Notes under the pieces: model-generated
What the model saw: only the letters and a program-made list of their open reading frames with translations
What the model was told of the DNA's origin: nothing
Database searches by the model: none
In this document: positions 45,025 through 52,555 of the stretch, one piece after another
Numbering within the stretch: the first letter of the stretch is position 1
Layout: each line of letters opens with the position of its first letter
Position numbers and translations under genes: made by a program
From: Candidatus Peregrinibacteria bacterium
GTDB taxonomy: Bacteria; Patescibacteriota; Gracilibacteria; UM-FILTER-43-11
Length of the DNA: 64,000 bases
Assembly: GCA_016932495.1 (NCBI GenBank)
Contig: JAFGCR010000011.1
Coordinates: 4,973 to 68,972 of the forward strand
Reading direction: 5' to 3'

Positions 45025-46794
45025 ATGCATGAAAAAGTTGTCGTTTTGGATTTTGGCGGGCAATATGCCCATCTGATTGCCAACCGTATCCGCCGTTTAG
45101 GGGTTTATAGCGAAATCCAGGACGCGGAAATGCCTGCTGATCAGTTAAAAAGTTATAAAGGGATCATTCTGTCAGGCGGTCCCCAAAGCGTTTACGATAA
45201 GGATTCGCCTAAATGTGACCCTGCCATTTTTAATTTAGGCGTGCCCGTTCTTGGTATCTGTTATGGCCATCAGCTGATGCAGCAACTGCTTGGCGGGAAA
45301 GTCGTGCCCGGAAAGACAAAAGAATACGGCCTCTCTGCTTTGCGGATCAAACAGCCTGTCGGTATTTTCAGAAAAACCCCTTCCTCCATCAAGGCCTGGA
45401 TGTCCCATGGGGACACAGTTGAAGCGCCCGCTGGCGGTTTCGAAGAAATAGCTGCCACTGATGATTGTAAAAATTCGGCCCTGATGGATCCGAAGCGCCG
45501 TTTTTTCGGCCTGCAATTTCATCCTGAGGTCACCCATACCGAGCACGGCATGGATATTTTTGACCAATTCCTGGCAATATGCAAAGTTACCCGCGACTGG
45601 AGTATCGAACAATTTATTGAAGAGGAGATCAAATCGATTAAAAAGAAAATCGGGGATAAAAAAGTTTTTTTACTCGTTTCCGGAGGGGTCGATTCTTCTG
45701 TTTGTTTCGCTCTCCTTGAAAAAGCGCTGGGCAAAAAACGGGTTTACGGGCTTTGTGTGGATCATGGGCTGATGCGGAAAGATGAAGCGGGGCAAGTCAA
45801 AAAGTATCTCGCACAAGCTGGCTTTGAAAACCTCCATGTCGTTGATAAAAGTGAGGAATTTTTATCCGCCCTAACCGGCAAAATCGATCCGGAAGAAAAG
45901 CGGACGATCATCGGGGACCTTTTCTGGAAGGTGAAGGAAGACGAAGCGGAACGCCTTGAGCTTAATCCCGACGAATGGATCATGGGGCAGGGCACCATTT
46001 ACCCTGACACCATCGAAACCGGGGGGACTAAACATGCGAGCAAAATCAAAACCCATCACAACCGGGTCGACTTGATGCAGGAAATGATCAATGCCGGTAA
46101 AGTGATCGAGCCCATTGCCCAGCTTTATAAAGATGAAGTCCGTGAACTCGGAGAAAAATTAGGCCTTCCCCATGCTATGGTCTGGCGGCATCCTTTCCCC
46201 GGCCCTGGTCTGGGAGTGAGGATTTTGTGCTCTGGCGAAGAAAAAACGGTTGAATTTAAATCAGGTTCCGATTATCACATTCTCCCTATAAAATCGGTTG
46301 GCGTTCAGGGGGATTTCAGAACCTACCGCCACCCAGCCCTGCTTATGGCCAGCGCCAAAGAAGACAACGAAAGAACTGCCACCGATCTTGTGAACAGCAA
46401 CCCGGATATTAACCGCGCGGTTACGCTGGTGGGCGGGAATTTTGAAGGAAAGGCCGCAAAAGCATCTGTAAAAAAATGTTTTGTTACTTCAGAACGCGTC
46501 CGCATTCTTCAGACTGCCGATGACATTGTTACCCGTGTTCTCCATGAAATGGATTTATATGGTGCGGTGTGGCAGTTTCCGGTGGTGCTTGCCCCTTTGT
46601 CGTTTAACGGCGCTGGCGGGGAATCCATCATCCTCCGCCCCGTTGAATCCATCGATGCCATGAGCGCTTCGGCCGCTAAATTGCCCTGGGAATTTTATGA
46701 AAAGGTGTCAGCTGAAATTTTGAAGGATGACAGGGTGTCAGCTGTCCTTTTGGATGTAACAAACAAACCACCGGGAACGATCGAATGGGAATAA
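45025..46794 (+). CDS. guaA: GMP synthase (glutamine-hydrolysing), long form
   Basis: GATase ICYGHQL. ATP-PPase SGGVDSS. C-terminal KPPGTIEWE. The 589-aa length is about 65 aa longer than the common bacterial form. Confidence 0.95.
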   Translation: MHEKVVVLDFGGQYAHLIANRIRRLGVYSEIQDAEMPADQLKSYKGIILSGGPQSVYDKDSPKCDPAIFNLGVPVLGICYGHQLMQQLLGGKVVPGKTKEYGLSALRIKQPVGIFRKTPSSIKAWMSHGDTVEAPAGGFEEIAATDDCKNSALMDPKRRFFGLQFHPEVTHTEHGMDIFDQFLAICKVTRDWSIEQFIEEEIKSIKKKIGDKKVFLLVSGGVDSSVCFALLEKALGKKRVYGLCVDHGLMRKDEAGQVKKYLAQAGFENLHVVDKSEEFLSALTGKIDPEEKRTIIGDLFWKVKEDEAERLELNPDEWIMGQGTIYPDTIETGGTKHASKIKTHHNRVDLMQEMINAGKVIEPIAQLYKDEVRELGEKLGLPHAMVWRHPFPGPGLGVRILCSGEEKTVEFKSGSDYHILPIKSVGVQGDFRTYRHPALLMASAKEDNERTATDLVNSNPDINRAVTLVGGNFEGKAAKASVKKCFVTSERVRILQTADDIVTRVLHEMDLYGAVWQFPVVLAPLSFNGAGGESIILRPVESIDAMSASAAKLPWEFYEKVSAEILKDDRVSAVLLDVTNKPPGTIEWE

Positions 46795-46796
46795 TA

Positions 46797-47181
46797 AGTG
46801 CAAGTGGCAAGTGCAAGTTGCAAGCTAGGTTTTGCAATGCGCTATTTTTGTGATAAGGTCTTAATCCTAATTTATGTTTAGAGATTTATTTTTTGCAAGA
46901 TCAGTTAAAACGTGCGTCGATTTCGGTCGTTCTTAATATTGCCGAGGGTGTTGGTCGATTTACAAAAGCAGACAAAAGCCATTTTTATATTATCAGTCGT
47001 GGGTCTGCCTTTGAGGTGATTGCAGTATTGCAAATTATTGCAAACCAATATTCAGTTGATCCAAATGTTTTATGTCATTTGCGGGCAGATTTTAAAGAAG
47101 TAGTAAAAATGCTTTTTGGTTTAATAAAAAACGTTAGTCCAAAGCCAATTTTATAGGTCACTTGCACTTGCCACTTGCACT
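46797..47181. repeat. perfect 22-bp inverted repeat pair bracketing the second four-helix-bundle gene
   Basis: AGTGCAAGTGGCAAGTGCAAGT at 46797-46818 and ACTTGCACTTGCCACTTGCACT at 47160-47181. Confidence 0.85.
46874..47156 (+). pseudogene. four-helix-bundle (Avd / 23S-IVS-like) gene, apparently 5'-deleted or frameshifted
   Basis: ORF 46893..47156 (TTG start) encodes only ..QLKRASISVVLNIAEGVGRF..SRGSAFE... A family-typical start MFRDL sits at 46874 in another frame, next to a T6 run. Confidence 0.55.
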
Positions 47182-47216
47182 CGTGACTAGTAATATTAGA
47201 AGCCCTAATTGCTTTT

Positions 47217-47771
47217 GTGGTGCCGAAAATTTCAGACTTAGACAAATTGGTAGAACGGGCGAAAAGAGGTGACGCGGAGGCGTTCGCTCAGATTTATGAT
47301 GAACTGGTCAAGCCGGTTTATCGCTATATTTATTATCGGGTGGAAGACGTTATCGCGGAGGATCTGACTGAGGAGACCTTTCTGAAAGTGTGGCAGAACC
47401 TCAAAAAGTATAAAAAGGGCAAAAATCCTTTTTCGTCATGGGTTTTCAGGATCGCCCATAATCTGGTCGTGGACCATTACCGTCAGAACAAGACCACAGA
47501 AATGATCGAGGAGACCATGGCGGACACGAAACGCGAAAACAACCCCCATCAACAAGCCGACTTGAAGCTTACCCAGATCCGCTTACGGAAGGTCATCCGG
47601 CATCTTCCCGATAATTATCAGGAGGTGATCATCCTTAAATATATTAACGAACTGGACAACAAAGAGATTGCCGATACCATCGGCAAATCCGAAGGAGCGG
47701 TACGCACTATTCAGTTCCGCGCGCTGGAACGTTTGCGCTCTCTGCTTTCTGATGAGCGTAAAGATTTTTGA
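47217..47771 (+). CDS. ECF-type sigma-70 family RNA polymerase sigma factor
   Basis: Region 2 (EDLTEETFLKVWQNL...FSSWVFRIAHNLVVDHYR) and region 4 (YQEVIILKYINELDNKEIADTIGKSEGAVRTIQFRALERLR). Confidence 0.85.
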   Translation: MVPKISDLDKLVERAKRGDAEAFAQIYDELVKPVYRYIYYRVEDVIAEDLTEETFLKVWQNLKKYKKGKNPFSSWVFRIAHNLVVDHYRQNKTTEMIEETMADTKRENNPHQQADLKLTQIRLRKVIRHLPDNYQEVIILKYINELDNKEIADTIGKSEGAVRTIQFRALERLRSLLSDERKDF

Positions 47772-47859
47772 AACAAAAGCCACCTTCTTACGTTATAACT
47801 GTCGACAATGTGTCGATGACACCGTTTATGCGCCCCCTCTAAGCGCTTGTAGTCTAATT

Positions 47860-49887
47860 ATGGACAATCTTGAAAAAGAACTTTACCGGCTGTCGAAAGT
47901 GGAACCCAGTTCCAAGTTTTGCCGTCAGGCGAAAGACCGCTTGATACACAAAATCACCTTAAGCGCGAATGAAGCCTGGTTTTTAAGGTTGTTTAAAAAG
48001 GTGTTTTCGGTCAGTCCTTCTCCTTATTTTATTGAGCGTGCCCGTGTGCGTCTATTAGAACAGATCGAAGCCATGAAACGGCCGGTTTTCAGCTGGCTGC
48101 TTTTTACCAAGCGTGTGGTGGCCACTACGCTGGTCATGCTGATCGCCGTTACTACCACTTTGTTCTTTGTTGACGGCAAACAGCAGGTCAACGCGTCTGA
48201 GCCCACCTATTTAGAAGTCACGGGTGGAGAGGTCGCCGTTAAGCACGCTGATCGTCTGATTTGGGATGTGATCAATCAGCAGACCGAACTCATGGCGGGC
48301 GACTTAATACGTGTGGGTGATTCCGCGTCTGCAGTCATCCACTTTTTTGACGATTCCGAAATTCGTTTATCCGAAGACGCCTCCCTTTTATTGAGCCGGT
48401 TAGACGTCAGCCCCGGTTACGCCCGCCAGGGGATTATTGAGGTTTCTTTGCATCAGGGACGGGCATGGGTGCAGACTTTGAATGCCGATGACGGTTACGC
48501 GCGTTTTGCTCTGGTTACTCCCGACGCCATTGTTTCCACTCAGTATGCTTCGTTCGACGTTGAAACCAACCTTTTTGCCCCCACGGTCATCCGCGTATTT
48601 AAGCGCGGCGTGGAGGTAAAAGCCCTGCGTCAGGAATCCCGCGATGTGCTGGCGAGCGGTATGCTTAACACTTATCAAAAAGTCACCCTGGAGGCGGCCA
48701 CTCCCTATCAGCCCTCTGCTGATCTGTCGGTTTTTGCTCCCATTTATGAACTTACCGACGAAGACCGCGGAGAGGCATGGGCTTCCCAGAATCTGGAAGC
48801 TGACCGCGCTCATTTGGCTCAATTACGCGACCGCGAACTCATTACCCTCCGCGCGACGACGGGCTTTTTGCCGGGTCAGGTCTTGTATCCCGTAAAACGG
48901 GCCAAGGAACGCCTGCAGCTGGCTTTTGCCTTTAATGAAGAAAATCAGCAAAACACGCAGGTCGCCATGGCGAATGAACGTTTATCTGAGGCATTGGTTC
49001 TGATCGAACAAGGCCAGACCGACCCAGCCAAGCTGGCTTTAATGGAATATCAGCACCTTGTCCGCCAAATAACGGAGGCAAAGACCACCGAAGAAGTCAA
49101 AGACCAGTTATCTAACCAGGTAGTCGCCACCCATCAAAAAACCCTTGTCGCGGCCCTGCCGGGTGACGCGCGGGTGGGAATCATAAAACAAGCGCTCGAT
49201 CAAACCAAAGAACTGTTAGCGGAAAATCCTGTGGAACGTGCCCAGATCCGTTTAAAAAACAGCCTGGAAGACATGATCCATGTTCAGGAGCTGGTGGAGG
49301 CCGGCGACATAGAAAGCGCTGAAGAAACCCTTGTGGACCGCGAAATCATGGCCGTTTTATTATTAGAAGAAGCATCGGCCCTGGAGGATGAGGAGCAAAA
49401 GAAGGTTTTATTCACCCAAATCCTGGATACTCAATACGAAGAACAGCGCATTCTGAACGAATTAAACCGCCAGCTGGCCGATACAGAAGGCCCATTGGCG
49501 GCTTTGATTGAGAACGCCCACTTATCCATCAAGGAAGACATCAAACATACCGCCGCGGTGGTCCAGCCCCTCCTTCCGGACGTGGTTTTGAGCGAAGCGG
49601 TGATCCTGCCGGAAGACGAAAAGGTTATTGAGTTTGTAAACAAGGTCAATATTTACAGCACGGCCCAGGGGCAGGCTAACCAGATCAAACGCCTGCTTAC
49701 CAAGCACCCGCAATACGCCCAGAATCAGGAATTCCTGACCAAAGTCCGCGACCGTCTGGACGCGCGCTCTCAGGACCAGATCAACGTGTATCTGCTTGAA
49801 CTGAAGCGCGAAGCGACCGAGGCGAAAAGCAAAGTGGTGAAGCGGAAGATCGATCAGGCGAAGCGGGCGATGGAAGATAGGCGATAA
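47860..49887 (+). CDS. putative anti-sigma factor-like membrane protein (single TM, FecR-like beta domain, long helical C-terminal region)
   Basis: ATG at 47860 is preferred over 47668, which overlaps the sigma gene. TM segment VVATTLVMLIAVTTTLFFV. GDLIRVGDSASAVIHFFDDSEIRLSEDASLLL. Sits directly downstream of the ECF sigma. Confidence 0.6.
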   Translation: MDNLEKELYRLSKVEPSSKFCRQAKDRLIHKITLSANEAWFLRLFKKVFSVSPSPYFIERARVRLLEQIEAMKRPVFSWLLFTKRVVATTLVMLIAVTTTLFFVDGKQQVNASEPTYLEVTGGEVAVKHADRLIWDVINQQTELMAGDLIRVGDSASAVIHFFDDSEIRLSEDASLLLSRLDVSPGYARQGIIEVSLHQGRAWVQTLNADDGYARFALVTPDAIVSTQYASFDVETNLFAPTVIRVFKRGVEVKALRQESRDVLASGMLNTYQKVTLEAATPYQPSADLSVFAPIYELTDEDRGEAWASQNLEADRAHLAQLRDRELITLRATTGFLPGQVLYPVKRAKERLQLAFAFNEENQQNTQVAMANERLSEALVLIEQGQTDPAKLALMEYQHLVRQITEAKTTEEVKDQLSNQVVATHQKTLVAALPGDARVGIIKQALDQTKELLAENPVERAQIRLKNSLEDMIHVQELVEAGDIESAEETLVDREIMAVLLLEEASALEDEEQKKVLFTQILDTQYEEQRILNELNRQLADTEGPLAALIENAHLSIKEDIKHTAAVVQPLLPDVVLSEAVILPEDEKVIEFVNKVNIYSTAQGQANQIKRLLTKHPQYAQNQEFLTKVRDRLDARSQDQINVYLLELKREATEAKSKVVKRKIDQAKRAMEDRR

Positions 49888-50011
49888 TGAATGGCAAATA
49901 GTTTTTTGTCATCGCAGGTTAGAAAACCTGCTCTGCCAAATGGACTATTAATTTTATTATTTTCAAAGGCAGAGCGGACTTTCTAGTCCGCGAATGCCGT
50001 TTTTTGGCATA

Positions 50012-50051
50012 GGAAAAGAGCGCCGACCGACGGGGAAGTCGGTGACGCTCT
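50012..50051 (-). terminator. GC-rich hairpin plus U-tract downstream of the GC-rich 342-aa gene
   Basis: GAGCG..ACCGAC (50018-50031) pairs with GTCGGT..CGCTC (50038-50050). An A-run at 50014-50017 on the plus strand gives the U-tract on the minus strand. Confidence 0.65.
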
Positions 50052-50076
50052 TTGGAGGGGAGTTCTGGTCCAGCGA

Positions 50077-51105
50077 TCAGCTGAGCTGGCGCTGGGTGTT
50101 CGTGTTCGGTTTGACGAAGGTGCCGGTGAGCACCATCGCCAGGCAGCCTGCGCCGACCATGGCCAGGGCGGCCACAGGGCTGAAGCTGTAAGCGATGATG
50201 ATGGCACACACCAGGGAGCCTGCGCCGATGAGGCTCTTGCCGAGCCGGCCAGGCGTTGCCACGGTGATGTGGGCGCCCGTGCGGCGCATGTTGATGGCCG
50301 TGATGAGCTGGATGAGGGCAAAGTAGAGTCCTGCCAGCAGGGCCAGGATGAGCAGGAACGAGGTGGTGCCTGAGACACCGTGTTCCACGGTAGCTGCGGC
50401 CTGACCGGCCGATGACAGCTTGGGCTCAGTGGGGCTGAAGTAGTCCACCGAGTCATCCCGATAGGACACGATTTTGACCTCCTCGTCCTGGACGATTTGG
50501 TCTTCAGGGGCGTCGATTGCCCCGCGCGTGAGATACCGGTCCCGCGGGACGAGGGGGGATTCTTCCAGCGGGATGCCGAGGCTGCTGATCAGCCAGTTGT
50601 TGACGTCGCCGTCCGGCAGGAAGCGTCCGACCATGTTGAGGGTCACTGGCAGGATGCTGACCTTGCGCTTGCCCTTCTCAACGGTGAGATGGGCGTAGAG
50701 CAAGCACTCGAGTTTGAGCTCGTACGTGCGGATCTGCAGGCCCTTCTCCTCGAGCTCGCTGACCCGGAACACCCGCTTGACCGGGTTGTTCGCGTTGGGG
50801 TTGGCTTGCTCACAGGTCGTGAAGTTCCCCCACTGGTAGTTCTCACGGTCGAAGTCGGCAGTACCGGGTGGGAACTTCTCGGACCAGAACAGGATGCGGT
50901 GGTTTTGGCGGTCCTTGTCCGCCTCGTCTTCGTAGAACACCACCGTGCCGTTGTTGGCGTTGATCACGTTGTAGAGCGCACGGGCGTCGTACTCGGTGAT
51001 CGCGACGCCGGGGCCACTAGCCTTTTGTTCGAACGTGACCTCCTTGGCGGAGGCCGGAGAGACGATGATCAGGGTCACCGCAACGATCAGTGCGAAGCGT
51101 TTCAT
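50077..51105 (-). CDS. secreted protein with a C-terminal multi-TM anchor, encoded by a compositionally foreign GC-rich gene
   Basis: GGGAGGA SD before the ATG. Signal peptide MKRFALIVAVTLIIVSPASA|KE. About 3 C-terminal TM helices. 43/60 G+C in 50221-50280. Confidence 0.7.
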   Translation of the reverse strand: MKRFALIVAVTLIIVSPASAKEVTFEQKASGPGVAITEYDARALYNVINANNGTVVFYEDEADKDRQNHRILFWSEKFPPGTADFDRENYQWGNFTTCEQANPNANNPVKRVFRVSELEEKGLQIRTYELKLECLLYAHLTVEKGKRKVSILPVTLNMVGRFLPDGDVNNWLISSLGIPLEESPLVPRDRYLTRGAIDAPEDQIVQDEEVKIVSYRDDSVDYFSPTEPKLSSAGQAAATVEHGVSGTTSFLLILALLAGLYFALIQLITAINMRRTGAHITVATPGRLGKSLIGAGSLVCAIIIAYSFSPVAALAMVGAGCLAMVLTGTFVKPNTNTQRQLS

Positions 51106-51348
51106 GGTTTTCCTCCCTATTTCTAGTTCGTTTGAACCTTGGTTACCAAAAGTACAACTCGCCTGCGGGCGAGAAAAAGAGACGTTAAATTTATCTATTT
51201 AGCTCGCGTTGGCGAGAGTGTTTATTGCGACCAGAACTCCTTGCCTGCCAGGAGCTTTACGTCCCCTAGGGGCGCTGGGCTACACTAACAGACAGAAGGA
51301 TGGCCGCAATGAAGCTAATTGTAAAAGAACATGATTGAAAGTGAAAAT

Positions 51349-51377
51349 ATTATACAATATTTACTATAAAATGTCAA
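51349..51377 (-). promoter_or_regulatory. perfect consensus sigma-70 promoter TTGACA-N17-TATAAT (minus strand)
   Basis: -35 is the reverse complement of 51372-51377; -10 is the reverse complement of 51349-51354. The leader is about 240 nt and carries several GC hairpins. Confidence 0.7.
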
Positions 51378-51416
51378 TACATTTCTGCCCTTCTTTTTTC
51401 CATTAATTTTTTTGAT

Positions 51417-52370
51417 TTATGTTGCGAAATTATAGGCAAGCGGCTGTGGGCGTTTGATAATAGCGCGCGCCCTTTCGCGGATGCTTTGCACACCGCCTAA
51501 TTTAAAGATTTCACCTACACCTGAGAGTATTTTTAAGCCTTTATGCTGGCGCCGAAAGCCGTTTGTAACCGATTCTACAGGGGTCAGGGCAGTTCTTGTA
51601 ATATTAGCGCCATAAGAAAAGCCAGCTAACCCGATTTCTCCTATAGTGGCCCCCACACCCCTTCCAAAGGCCTCAAAAGGCTGTGTAAAGGCCTTTCCTG
51701 GCAAGGTGGCAGGCGATATAACGTGATGCAGAGCCTGGCGGCTATCTCTGGCCATCAGAGCCTTTGGGGCATCCCATAGTGCTCTTTTGAGCCCCTTAAG
51801 GCCCTGCCAGGGCACATTTACGGGGAATTTTATACATTCCCAGCCAAAACGCGCGGCTTTGCTGATGCCAGTGGCCGGAATATTCCACATAGTCCGGAAA
51901 CCTGTCATGATATTGTCATGAAGCGCGTACATAGGCAGGCGCACAAACATGCTTTTGCCAGATTCTATAACCGGTCCGCCGGTAAGATGATAGGCGCCCA
52001 CAGGTAATCGGGCAGTTTGTTTTAACATTGTTTTTCCCGGTTCGTAATAGCTACTGGTTTTAACATAGTTTTTTACCCCTCTGGTACCCGCCTTGAGGCC
52101 CTCCCAGGGCAAAACTAACCCCGCGTAAAAGGGGGCGACTAATAATCTTGGGATCACTCCTTTTACGCTTTTGGGGCTGATCAGCCAGCGGCCTACACGC
52201 CAGTTTTTGGGAGCTTCCGCAGCCTCTGCGGCTACTGCTTCTGTTTTTTTACCCAAGCCGATTTTGCCTGCCAGGCCGCCCAGTTTTTCACTGAGTTTAT
52301 AAGTCAGGCGTTTTTCCGTTAAGAGCGGGTTGGTTTGGTAGTGCCGGTAATGTGAGGTGGTGGTATACAT
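51417..52370 (-). CDS. hypothetical basic protein
   Basis: 317-aa ORF in the minus-strand array. No motif recognised. Confidence 0.6.
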   Translation of the reverse strand: MYTTTSHYRHYQTNPLLTEKRLTYKLSEKLGGLAGKIGLGKKTEAVAAEAAEAPKNWRVGRWLISPKSVKGVIPRLLVAPFYAGLVLPWEGLKAGTRGVKNYVKTSSYYEPGKTMLKQTARLPVGAYHLTGGPVIESGKSMFVRLPMYALHDNIMTGFRTMWNIPATGISKAARFGWECIKFPVNVPWQGLKGLKRALWDAPKALMARDSRQALHHVISPATLPGKAFTQPFEAFGRGVGATIGEIGLAGFSYGANITRTALTPVESVTNGFRRQHKGLKILSGVGEIFKLGGVQSIRERARAIIKRPQPLAYNFAT

Positions 52371-52399
52371 GTGGGGTGGTTAGTGGGTGGGAACCCTCC

Positions 52400-52555
52400 A
52401 ACCTCCCTTCTCAGGGAGGCATAATCGGTGGGTTTTTTACACTCCCTTCTCAGGGAGGCATAATCGGTGGGTTTCTTACACTCCCTTCTCAGGGAGGCAT
52501 AATCGGTGGGTTTCTTACACTCCCTTCTCAGGGGGGCATAAGTGATGGGCATTAT
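52400..52555. repeat. 39-bp tandem repeat array, about 4 copies, each with a 6-bp hairpin CTCCCT-tctc-AGGGAG
   Basis: Units at about 52400-52438, 52439-52477 and 52478-52516 (the last two identical), and 52517-52555 (degenerate, overlapping the stop of the 764-aa gene). Confidence 0.9.

Noticed and set aside
45025-46794. The extra length of GuaA as a sign of a novel fusion
   Set aside because: The extra residues lie within the C-terminal dimerisation region, and the protein ends with the canonical PPGTIEWE. It is probably a known long-form variant, and I cannot judge without an alignment.
47745-47790. CTGATGAG ... GAAAC resembling a hammerhead ribozyme core
   Set aside because: There is no complementary stem II or stem III around the core. 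It lies at the 3' end of the sigma factor coding sequence.
47668-47859. Upstream extension of the anti-sigma-like ORF starting at 47668
   Set aside because: It overlaps the last 104 nt of the sigma gene in another frame. The ATG at 47860 gives a sensible N-terminus.
49983-51126. ORFs 49983..50456 (-), 50497..51126 (+), 50643..50846 (-) and 49919..50209 (-) overlapping the 342-aa gene
   Set aside because: The same stop-depletion artefact of GC-rich sequence. The 50077..51105 frame has the SD, the signal peptide and the TM anchor.
52400-52555. Possible CRISPR array
   Set aside because: The repeats are directly tandem with no unique spacers, there are only about 4 units, and no cas genes are in the window.
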